DNA from: an uncultured Armatimonadetes bacterium
Lineage (GTDB): Bacteria; Armatimonadota; Armatimonadia; Armatimonadales; Armatimonadaceae
Direction: 5' to 3'
NCBI GenBank assembly: GCA_903924445.1
Contig: CAIYBQ010000128.1
Span: forward strand, 1 to 45,765
DNA length: 45,765 nucleotides
Shown: piece after piece, positions 1 through 8,224 of the stretch
How the letters are laid out: every line of letters begins with the position of its first letter
How positions within the stretch are numbered: the first letter of the stretch is position 1
Made by a program: the position numbers and the translations under genes
Notes under the pieces: generated by a model
Told to the model about the DNA's origin: nothing
Seen by the model: only the letters and a program-made list of their open reading frames with translations
The model's database searches: none

Positions 1-1122
1 AACAAGACCATCGGTGGTGATGGTGTAGCGCGCAGGGCGCAAGCCATTACGGTCGAGAACGGCGCCGATTTGCTTGCCATCTGTGAAGGCAACGGCAGCG
101 GGACCATCCCATGGCTCAACCAGACACGCACCGTATTCGTAAAATGCCCTGCGCGCAGGGTCCATGAGTGCATTACCCGACCACGCTTCTGGAATCAAAA
201 GCATCATCGAGTGCGCAAGGCTTCGTCCGCCCTGAACCATAAGCTCAACAGCTTGGTCCAATGTTGCGGAGTCACTGCCCTCACGGCTGACAAGCGGCGA
301 GATTTTACGCATGTCATCGCCGAACATGGAAGAGACCATGCCGGCCTCACGCGCACGCATCCAGTTTCGGTTGCCATTAATGGTGTTAATCTCACCGTTG
401 TGTGCCACATAGCGGAATGGGTGAGCAAGCGGCCACGACGGGAAGGTGTTCGTAGAGAAACGCTGATGGACGAGTGCAATCGCCGTCTCCATCCGCTCAT
501 CGGCGAGGTCGATGAAGTACGCCCGCATTTGATGCGGTAGCAGCAAGCCTTTGTAAACAATTGTCTGGGATGACAGGCTGGCTAGGTAAAACTCGCGTGG
601 GTTTGGAATGCCACATGCGCCGGCAATCAGAGATTCGACCTGCTTGCGGATGACGTACAGCTTTCGTTCAAAGGTCTCGGATGGCGTCGTCGATCCCCGG
701 CCGATAAAGCACTGTCGGATGAGAGGTTCTGTCTCCCGTGCCTGTGGTCCGATCGCGGATGAGTTTACCGGGACATCACGCCAACCAAGGAGGATCTGAC
801 CTTCCTGGCGCACGACACTAGTGATCGTGCGTTCGCACTGGGCACGGTGGTCGGCATTCCGTGGAAGGAAGACCATCGCGACGCCATAACTGCCACGCTC
901 GGGAAGCGAAAAGTCCACAACACTTCGAAAGAAGGAATCAGGAACCTGCAGCAGGATGCCAGCGCCATCCCCAGTCTCAGGGTCACAGCCACATGCACCC
1001 CTGTGCACAAGATTTTCAAGGATTTGCAAACCCATACTGAGGATCGCGTAGGATGCTTCGCCACGCATTTGCGCCACAAAACCGACGCCACAGGCATCGT
1101 GTTCCGTCGACGGTTCGTACAT
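1..1122 (-). CDS. gltB: Glutamate synthase large subunit, N-terminal class II (Ntn) glutamine amidotransferase domain. Only the 5' part is present; the gene runs off the left edge.
   Basis: My own minus-strand translation from ATG 1122 is open all the way to position 1 (374 codons): MYEPSTEHDACGVGFVAQMRGEAS...HQRFSTNTFPSWPLAHPFRYVAHNGEINTINGNRNWM...WDGPAAVAFTDGKQIGAVLDRNGLRPARY. These are the classic GltB Cys-1 nucleophile and RFSTNT/AHNGEINT motifs. The ORF is absent from the supplied track because it leaves the window. An in-frame GTG at 1191 could add a short propeptide. Confidence 0.85.
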   Translation of the reverse strand, partial: MYEPSTEHDACGVGFVAQMRGEASYAILSMGLQILENLVHRGACGCDPETGDGAGILLQVPDSFFRSVVDFSLPERGSYGVAMVFLPRNADHRAQCERTITSVVRQEGQILLGWRDVPVNSSAIGPQARETEPLIRQCFIGRGSTTPSETFERKLYVIRKQVESLIAGACGIPNPREFYLASLSSQTIVYKGLLLPHQMRAYFIDLADERMETAIALVHQRFSTNTFPSWPLAHPFRYVAHNGEINTINGNRNWMRAREAGMVSSMFGDDMRKISPLVSREGSDSATLDQAVELMVQGGRSLAHSMMLLIPEAWSGNALMDPARRAFYEYGACLVEPWDGPAAVAFTDGKQIGAVLDRNGLRPARYTITTDGLV

Positions 1123-1180
1123 TCCCTTGTTGGTAAGCTGCGTTAGATGGTTCTCAGTCACTGCGTCAAATCCGGTTTCC

Positions 1181-1201
1181 ACACTGGTCACAAACCAGTG
1201 T
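1181..1201. repeat. Perfect 8-bp inverted repeat, ACACTGGT-N5-ACCAGTGT, just upstream of the gltB ATG
   Basis: Read directly: acactggt cacaa accagtgt. It could be an operator, a 5'-leader hairpin, or coding sequence if gltB starts at GTG 1191. Confidence 0.3.
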
Positions 1202-1296
1202 TCTACTATATTCCGGCGACAGTGCCGACATCCTGTCTACGCTGACAGAAATCAAAATGTATCATCTTTGAAAACGATGCTCAATTGCACAACGTT

Positions 1297-1308
1297 TTGA
1301 CCGGTCAA
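1297..1308. promoter_or_regulatory. Perfect 12-bp palindrome TTGACCGGTCAA in the gltB / ATPase divergent intergenic region; candidate operator
   Basis: Read directly. It does not match any operator consensus I can recall (ArsR/SmtB, MerR/ZntR). Confidence 0.25.
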
Positions 1309-1390
1309 TCGTATTACAGCATCAGCAACTTTGTCAGGAAACATCTTAGGCAACACAGTCGTTTATAGGTCAAGCAAAGCAGTTCCGTAG

Positions 1391-1440
1391 TTGCAATAAC
1401 AGGCGTTTCGTTTGCAATAAGCCTCGCGAATGGATATATT
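1391..1440 (+). promoter_or_regulatory. Direct repeat TTGCAATAA (1391-1399 and 1412-1420, 21 bp apart) plus a candidate sigma70-type promoter, TTGCAA (1412-1417)-17 nt-TATATT (1435-1440)
   Basis: Hexamers and spacing were read directly. The -10 element abuts the TTG start at 1441 given by the ORF track. This implies either a near-leaderless transcript (in-frame GTG at 1447) or a downstream start. Confidence 0.4.
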
Positions 1441-3654
1441 TTGACAGTGTCAAACCATCCTTCCCTTACACAGACCACACAAACCGATCAATGGCATATG
1501 GATGCAATGGATTGCCCCGTTGAGGCAAATCTGATTCGGAAGTCGCTTCGCTCGATGGATGGTATCGATGACCTTGCCTTTGATTTTGTGGATCGTGTCC
1601 TAACTGTCAGGCATCGGGCTGCTGCAAATCAGATTGAAGCCAAGCTGACTGAGATCGGCATGGAGCCACGTTTGGTCACCACCGGTGATGTTTCCGGTTC
1701 CCGAAGCCATGCTTCCACAGCTTGGTTGGTTGGAGTGAGTGTTGCACTTGGTGCTGTGGCGGAGCTGATTGAGTGGATGCACGAAGCTAACCCTGGGTTT
1801 GCCGGCATCACACCGCTGCATATCGCCATCGCATCCGGCTGTGCAGTTGTCCTTACATTCCCGCCAACACTGAAAAAAGCCTGGCTTGCGCTTCGCGGCA
1901 GAACCATCACGATTTCGCTCCTCGTATCGATTGCCGTCGTAGGAGCAATCGCTATTGGGCAGTATCCGGAGGCTGCGATGGCAGTAAGCCTCTTTGCTCT
2001 GTCTGAAGCCATCGAGGCCGCGAGTCTGCGACGGGCTGGAAATGCCATAAAATCGCTCCTTTCATCCACGCCGCAGACCTGCGAAGTGATTCAGTCGGAT
2101 ACATCCGTGATCACGGTCGCGACAAACCTCGTCGCAACGGGAGACCGTATCCGGATCAGGCCGGGTGGCATCATTCCCCTTGATGGAACTGTCATTGCCG
2201 GCATTTCCGAAGTGGATGCGTCTGCGCTGACCGGTGAGCCAATTCCGGTCACTGTGACCACCGGAGACACCGTTTCCGCAGGGACATCGAATACCACCGG
2301 TACCTTTATTTTGGAAGTCACCGCTGCTGCGGGAAACACAACCATGGACCGCCTGATTCGGTCTGTTCGCGAGGCGGCAGGTGATCGAGCAACCACAGAG
2401 CGTCTGGTTGATCGCTTTGCGGCCATTTACACGCCAGCTGTGGTCGCGATGGCAGTTATTCTCGGGTGTATCGTTCCTCTCGTAACCGGCCAGCCGTTCA
2501 TCCCGTGGATTAGCAAAGCCCTTGTCCTCCTCGTCATCGCGTGTCCATGTGCATTGGTCATTTCAACGCCTGTGACGGTCGTCAGCGCACTCACGGCGGC
2601 AGCACGCGCCGGTGCTCTGGTCCGCTCCGGTCGGATTCTTGAGAGCATTGCGGCGGCAACAATGGTCGCGTTTGACAAAACTGGGACCTTGACGACGGGT
2701 AAGCCCTCCGTAACGGACATCGTTCCACTTGTAGATGGCCTGTCCATCGATGATGCCCTTCACCTCGCGGCAAGCGTCAATTATCCGAGTGAGCACCCAA
2801 TCGGAGCAGCTATTGTTCAACACTGCGCAACCCGGCATCAGTGCACACCCGATGAGCTTGACACCTTTGAAGCCCTGATAGGACGCGGCGTTGCTGCATC
2901 CATACGGGGGCAAATGCACTTCATCGGTAGCCACAGGCTCGTGCATGATAAAAACCTCTGCGGTGACCACGTCGAAGCCGTACTTGACCGGCTGGCCTCA
3001 GATGGCAAGACATCTGTTGTCCTAATGTCCGACCGTCAGGCACTTGCGGTGATTGCTGTTCAAGATGCAATCCGGCCTGAAACCCGGGCTGCACTCGATC
3101 GCTGTGGCGCGCTTGGACTAAAGACGACGATGCTGACCGGGGACACGGCTGCAGCCGCGACCAGCCTTGCGGCATCGCTTCATATGCAGGATGTTCGTGC
3201 GGAGCTGCTTCCCCTTGAAAAGCAGGATGCCGTAAAACAGCTTCAACAAAGTGGTGAAGTTGTGGTGATGGTGGGGGATGGCATCAACGACAGTGCTGCA
3301 CTGGCGCAATCGAACATCGGTATGGCGATGTCGACTGCCGCGACGGCTGTTACTGTTGAAATCGCGGATGTCGCATTGCTTCGCGCAGACATTCGCCTTG
3401 TCCCTGAGCTGATTCACCTAAGCCGAATGGTGCGAAGCACTCTCTGGACAAACATCACCATCGCTCTCGCATTCAAGGCAGTATTCTTTGCGCTCGCACT
3501 GCTGGGAGATGTCCAGCTGTGGATGGCAGTCCTCGCGGATGTAGGCGCAGCGTTACTCGTAACCCTCAATGGGCTTCGCCTGCTAAACGCGCGGCTTGGA
3601 ACAACTAAGTCTTACGACTTGGCGGCTCCGCGAACATTCACTACGCCTCCGTAG
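1441..3654 (+). CDS. Heavy-metal-translocating P1B-type ATPase, Zn/Cd/Pb (P1B-2, ZntA/CadA-like) subtype, with one N-terminal HMA-like domain
   Basis: Motifs: ACPCALVISTP (TM6 CPC), DKTGTLT (phosphorylation site), MVGDGINDSAALA (hinge), NITIALAFKAVF and LADVGAALLVTLNGLRLL (Lys and Asp as in ZntA TM7/TM8). The N-terminal ferredoxin-like segment reads MDCPVEANLIRKSL. The start is uncertain (TTG 1441, GTG 1447 or ATG 1498). Confidence 0.9.
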   Translation: MTVSNHPSLTQTTQTDQWHMDAMDCPVEANLIRKSLRSMDGIDDLAFDFVDRVLTVRHRAAANQIEAKLTEIGMEPRLVTTGDVSGSRSHASTAWLVGVSVALGAVAELIEWMHEANPGFAGITPLHIAIASGCAVVLTFPPTLKKAWLALRGRTITISLLVSIAVVGAIAIGQYPEAAMAVSLFALSEAIEAASLRRAGNAIKSLLSSTPQTCEVIQSDTSVITVATNLVATGDRIRIRPGGIIPLDGTVIAGISEVDASALTGEPIPVTVTTGDTVSAGTSNTTGTFILEVTAAAGNTTMDRLIRSVREAAGDRATTERLVDRFAAIYTPAVVAMAVILGCIVPLVTGQPFIPWISKALVLLVIACPCALVISTPVTVVSALTAAARAGALVRSGRILESIAAATMVAFDKTGTLTTGKPSVTDIVPLVDGLSIDDALHLAASVNYPSEHPIGAAIVQHCATRHQCTPDELDTFEALIGRGVAASIRGQMHFIGSHRLVHDKNLCGDHVEAVLDRLASDGKTSVVLMSDRQALAVIAVQDAIRPETRAALDRCGALGLKTTMLTGDTAAAATSLAASLHMQDVRAELLPLEKQDAVKQLQQSGEVVVMVGDGINDSAALAQSNIGMAMSTAATAVTVEIADVALLRADIRLVPELIHLSRMVRSTLWTNITIALAFKAVFFALALLGDVQLWMAVLADVGAALLVTLNGLRLLNARLGTTKSYDLAAPRTFTTPP

Positions 3655-4427
3655 CGGCGGTCGCGGCGTTGAAACTCACGAAGTGTGTCAACGAGCTGAG
3701 GCGTTCTGAAGTCGGGCCATCGGGTTTCTACGACCACGATCTCTGCGTAAGCAATCTGCCAAAGCAGATAGTTTGAAATACGCATGTCGCCAGCTGTTCT
3801 AACCAATAGATCCGGGTCAGGCAGTCCAGCCGTGTAAAGTCCATCGCTGAAGACGTCAGCCGTGATTTCATCAACTGAAATTTCGCCGCTTAGAACGAGT
3901 GCAGCAGCGCGCTTTGTTGCCCGCAAAATCTCATCCCGCGAACCATAGTTCAGACAAATGTTCAGAACCAAGCCCGTATTCGCACGTGTCAGCTCGATGT
4001 GACGGGCGAGCTCATCCTGGAGGGCTTTCGGGAGCGTCGTAAGGTCGCCGCTAAACATCATCCGGACGTTGTTTGAATGCAGCTCCATCAGCTCACGCTT
4101 GGCGCCTTCGATAAAGAGAGACATCAAACCATCCGTCTCATCCTTTGGACGGCTCCAGTTTTCTGTCGAAAATGCATAGAGCGTCAACGCACCGATACCG
4201 AAGTCGCTAGCCGAGCGGACGATCTCACGGACGCTTTGATAACCCTGATGATGCCCAAGCAGGCGGGGCATCCCACGCTCACGCGCCCATCGGCCATTAC
4301 CATCACAAATGATGGCGATATGCCGTGGAAGACGGCTCGGATCGATTTCATCCGGAAGAACGGCAGAGGTTCGCTTGCTCATGTTTGGTTCACTTTGCTG
4401 GGCAAAGTAATACTCAGACTTAACCAC
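3612..4427 (-). CDS. uppS: Undecaprenyl (isoprenyl) diphosphate synthase, cis-prenyltransferase
   Basis: Motifs: HIAIICDGNGRWA, FSTENWSRP, LVRTAGDMRISNYLLWQIAYAE, RRDRRYGG. GTG 4427 follows GAGGGG. ATG 4382 (MSKRTS...) is an alternative start. Confidence 0.92.
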   Translation of the reverse strand: MVKSEYYFAQQSEPNMSKRTSAVLPDEIDPSRLPRHIAIICDGNGRWARERGMPRLLGHHQGYQSVREIVRSASDFGIGALTLYAFSTENWSRPKDETDGLMSLFIEGAKRELMELHSNNVRMMFSGDLTTLPKALQDELARHIELTRANTGLVLNICLNYGSRDEILRATKRAAALVLSGEISVDEITADVFSDGLYTAGLPDPDLLVRTAGDMRISNYLLWQIAYAEIVVVETRWPDFRTPQLVDTLREFQRRDRRYGGVVNVRGAAKS

Positions 4428-4452
4428 AAACCCCTCTCGGATGCAAGCGGTT

Positions 4453-7023
4453 CTAGCGCTCGAAAGCCGTTACCGTGATGGCATCCAGAATATTTTCTAA
4501 AGGCAAACCCGTCACCGAGACGATCTTTACCTCACCCGGACTCACATGGAAGCCATTGTCACTGAGCGTTAGGCGTATCGCATCATCCTTTGCCCGGATC
4601 ACGACGAATGGGGCAAAGCGCTCGGTACGGATGTTGACATTCCCGGATGCATCCAGACTCACATTTAGCTTGACCTGACCTGTTCGAAGGTTTTTGGGCT
4701 CCGCCAAGAGGGTTGTCGTGTGCGCAACAAGCTTGTTGTCTGCAGTGATCCGTGCCTCTGCATAGACTTCCTCTGGGGAGTCTGCGATAAATCCCGGTAG
4801 CGTAACGCCTGCAGCATCCCGGAGTGCACTGTCCCCATCTACACGAAGCGCCTTACGATCCGCGACGATCAGCTGACCATCGAATGTGCGGACACTCAGC
4901 TCGATATTGGCATCGATACGCTCTGTCAAATCATTCACAACATGCGCGGTGACACGGTTGCCCGTCTTGACAATACTCACAATGCGCGGCGCATAGCTAC
5001 GTTTCACTTGGTAATAAGCTAGCTTAGGGACACCTGCACTGTCGATCACCGACCAGCTGTGGGTTGCCCAGCAGTCGTTCAGTTGCCAGAACAAGGTTCC
5101 CATACAGCGTCCGCGCAGGCTCCTCCAGTGCTCGATTCCACACTGCAATGCCAAAGCCTGATTCGTCTGGCCATAGTAGATAAAGTCATCAAAGGTCGTG
5201 GGTTCAGGAAAATGTCTGGTGATGAACCCAAGATACGTCTCGTAACCCTTGCGTGTCTTGTCATGCCACTTGGATACATCGGAGTTGACATCCCAGTCGG
5301 ATGGTGCCATCACGGTTCGCCAGGCTGCCGGACCCGCTGGAGCGGCAAAACCAAATTCACTGCTGAAACGGCAGCTGCTCTTACGGTAATTGACCCAGTC
5401 GCCATCCGAGCCTGGCTCCTTCGAATGCCAGACATTCCAGTAATGCGCAGTCCCGAAGTTTTCATTCTGCGCATTGCCTTCGCCTGCATCCCCAAAGGGC
5501 GAATTCGGTAAGAACATCCGCTTTGGATCATCGTTTGCAAGCACGGATGGCAGTATCTCACCAATAATCCGTTCGCCGAAGAACCGGGTTGGTGCGCGAT
5601 CACCTGACCATTTACCCTGGCTTAGCTCGAGGTTTTCATTGCCACCGCACCACATCGCAAGCGAGACACGGTGCCGAAGGCGTCGCACCTGAACGCTTGC
5701 TTCATGGCGGACATTGCGGACAAAGCTGACATCGTCATCCGGGTAGGAGGAACACGCAAACGGGAAATCTTGCCAGACCAGGAGACCAAGCTCATCACAG
5801 AGGTTGTAGAACGTCTCAGATTCGTATTGGCCGCCTCCCCAGACGCGCAGCATTTGCAGACCGGCATCCCGGGCTTGTGTCAGCCGCTCACGCAGGCGGG
5901 CATCGGTGACCTCACCGGGGAAACAGCCATCCGGGATCCAGTTCGCACCGCGGATAAACACATCCCGGCCATTAACGCGGAAAGCAAATCCCGCACCTTC
6001 GCCATCTTCATCTGGTTGTTGAATTACAGCAATCTCGCGGTAACCCACTGACTTTCCTAGGTGGTCAACGAAAATTCGGTCCATTCCAACCGAGTCGTAT
6101 GTCCACAAACGGAGGTTTAGAAGGTAGCGACGCTGCTTACCAAGGCCATTGATGTTCCAGCGCTCGACCTCCTGATGGCGGATGACGGGCAGCTTGACTT
6201 TGTGTACACCCGCGACTTGCGGAATAGGGGCATCGGGTGTGTTGTCGCCCATCGCATACAGAGCGACCCCAGCCGTCATCGGAACCGACTCATCGTAGAC
6301 CGCGACGGTCAGCGTGATGGCGATATCGACTGTGTTTGCGCTTGTGAAGGTGTAGTCTTGTTCCCAGTCTACAAACTCGGCGACAGGGACTGTGGTGAGG
6401 GTGACGTTTCCACCGATACCGCAGCTGACAAGCGCTGGGCCCCAGTCCCAGCCAAACATGTATTGCGGCTTGCGGACGAAAGCACGTGGAGAAAAGTTGA
6501 AGTAGTGGAGCTGACCCCGCTCCGATGTGCCATCCCCGAGATACGCATCGGAGAGCGCTTGCCCCTTGACCAGCGCGGATGAAAACTCTACGCGAATCTC
6601 ATTATTGCCAGCGACAAGGGCATCGGAGACATCAAACCGCTGTGGGATAAATGCATTGTCAGCTGTTCCCACAAACTGACCATTGACATACACGGTCGCA
6701 AATGTATCCAGACATTCAAAGCACAAAAACTGACGTCCGCGGCCCCGTGCATTTAGCTCATCGAGGGTTACATCGATGTCACATTTGTAAGTCCAATCGG
6801 CTTCATCCACCCACGCACAGCCTTTTTCGCCAAGGCGGTAGTGAGGATCCTGGATAACACCCGCAGAGACCAACGCACCGTGCACGTAGCCGGGAACGGT
6901 CGCGGGGTACCACTCAGATTCACCCGTAGTCAGGGAAATCAGGTCAATCGGGCCCGCGAGGCGCTGGGCAACTTGCCATCCGGTAGCGATGGTGCGACGT
7001 GTCACGGAGAGATATTCAGACAT
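4453..7023 (-). CDS. Glycoside hydrolase family 2, beta-mannosidase-like (856 aa)
   Basis: Motifs: WQDFPFACS, LAMWCGGNENLE (acid/base Glu context) and FSSEFGFAA (nucleophile Glu context). The length and layout are typical of GH2 beta-mannosidases. No signal peptide is obvious. Confidence 0.8.
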   Translation of the reverse strand: MSEYLSVTRRTIATGWQVAQRLAGPIDLISLTTGESEWYPATVPGYVHGALVSAGVIQDPHYRLGEKGCAWVDEADWTYKCDIDVTLDELNARGRGRQFLCFECLDTFATVYVNGQFVGTADNAFIPQRFDVSDALVAGNNEIRVEFSSALVKGQALSDAYLGDGTSERGQLHYFNFSPRAFVRKPQYMFGWDWGPALVSCGIGGNVTLTTVPVAEFVDWEQDYTFTSANTVDIAITLTVAVYDESVPMTAGVALYAMGDNTPDAPIPQVAGVHKVKLPVIRHQEVERWNINGLGKQRRYLLNLRLWTYDSVGMDRIFVDHLGKSVGYREIAVIQQPDEDGEGAGFAFRVNGRDVFIRGANWIPDGCFPGEVTDARLRERLTQARDAGLQMLRVWGGGQYESETFYNLCDELGLLVWQDFPFACSSYPDDDVSFVRNVRHEASVQVRRLRHRVSLAMWCGGNENLELSQGKWSGDRAPTRFFGERIIGEILPSVLANDDPKRMFLPNSPFGDAGEGNAQNENFGTAHYWNVWHSKEPGSDGDWVNYRKSSCRFSSEFGFAAPAGPAAWRTVMAPSDWDVNSDVSKWHDKTRKGYETYLGFITRHFPEPTTFDDFIYYGQTNQALALQCGIEHWRSLRGRCMGTLFWQLNDCWATHSWSVIDSAGVPKLAYYQVKRSYAPRIVSIVKTGNRVTAHVVNDLTERIDANIELSVRTFDGQLIVADRKALRVDGDSALRDAAGVTLPGFIADSPEEVYAEARITADNKLVAHTTTLLAEPKNLRTGQVKLNVSLDASGNVNIRTERFAPFVVIRAKDDAIRLTLSDNGFHVSPGEVKIVSVTGLPLENILDAITVTAFER

Positions 7024-7108
7024 ATGGCATATTCTACTACTGCAGGCTGGCTGGATTTAGGCGTAGCATAGCGACACAAGCGTTCGTTTTTAAGGAATTT
7101 GTAAGCAG

Positions 7109-8164
7109 ATGGCAAAAGTAGCAGTGCTGGCCGGAGATGGAATCGGGCCAGAAATCGTCCGTGAGGCAGTATCGATCCTGCACCTCGTCGCACCGGATAT
7201 CGAGACACAGGAAGCCCTCGTTGGTGGGATTGCCTATGATGCGACCGGACATCCCCTGCCACCAGAGACACTCGCTCTCTGCCGCGAATCCGATGCAATC
7301 CTTCTGGGAGCGGTTGGGGGCCCGAAGTGGGATGTGATCCCTGACCCAGATCTCCGTCCTGAGCGCGGCGCACTCCTCCCGCTACGAAAGCACCTTGGGC
7401 TCTACGCAAATCTCCGCCCAGCAATCCTCCACAAGGCGCTCGCGGATGCCAGCGCGCTAAAGCCATCGCTGGTCGGGGATGGCCTTGATGTTCTCGTTGT
7501 CCGCGAGCTCACCGGTGGCGTCTACTTTGGGCAGCCTAAGTCGAACGACGGCAACCGAGCCATTGACACTATGGTCTATACCAAGGACGAAATCGTACGT
7601 ATCGCGCACGTTGGCTTCCAGGCGGCACAAAAGCGCGGAAAGCGCCTCTGCTCGGTTGATAAGCAAAATGTTCTCATGACGTCCGTTCTTTGGCGCGACA
7701 CCGTGAATGAAGTAGCCAAGGACTACCCGGATGTCGAGCTGACTCACATGCTTGTCGACAACTGCGCGATGCAGCTGGTGCGCAATCCAAAGCAGTTTGA
7801 TGTCATCGTCACCGAGAATCTCTTTGGAGATGTCCTTTCAGACGAGGCAGCGATGATCACCGGGTCGCTCGGGATGCTGCCAAGTGCATCCCTTGGAACG
7901 GGAACCTTTGGTCTCTACGAACCTATCCATGGATCTGCACCAGATATTGCCGGAAAGGGTATCGCAAACCCGCTGGCAACCATCCTCTCTGTCGCCCTGA
8001 TGCTCCGCTACAGCTTTGGCCGTGAAGATGCCGCACAGCGCATCGAGGCCGCGGTCGGCAACGTCCTCGAAGCAGGATTGCGAACGCCTGACATTGCTAG
8101 TGTCGGTGAGGCGACAGTCGGCACAATCGAGATGGCAGCTGCCGTTCGTGCCGCACTTGTGTAG
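7109..8164 (+). CDS. leuB: 3-isopropylmalate dehydrogenase
   Basis: Motifs: [17 protein letters not shown] and [26 protein letters not shown] (isocitrate/isopropylmalate dehydrogenase signature). Length is 351 aa. Confidence 0.93.
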   Translation: MAKVAVLAGDGIGPEIVREAVSILHLVAPDIETQEALVGGIAYDATGHPLPPETLALCRESDAILLGAVGGPKWDVIPDPDLRPERGALLPLRKHLGLYANLRPAILHKALADASALKPSLVGDGLDVLVVRELTGGVYFGQPKSNDGNRAIDTMVYTKDEIVRIAHVGFQAAQKRGKRLCSVDKQNVLMTSVLWRDTVNEVAKDYPDVELTHMLVDNCAMQLVRNPKQFDVIVTENLFGDVLSDEAAMITGSLGMLPSASLGTGTFGLYEPIHGSAPDIAGKGIANPLATILSVALMLRYSFGREDAAQRIEAAVGNVLEAGLRTPDIASVGEATVGTIEMAAAVRAALV

Positions 8165-8224
8165 CACAAACCACAGCTAATTTTCACAGAGGGGTGGAAT
8201 GCAAACCGATAGAATGCGGATTGT

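Noticed and set aside
70-1146. Five overlapping ORFs of 63-156 aa from the track (70-540+, 204-560-, 608-799+, 765-1097-, 847-1146+)
   Set aside because: All are shadow frames of the real gene, a minus-strand gltB 5' segment open from 1122 to position 1. The track omits gltB because it leaves the window. None of the five has recognisable motifs.
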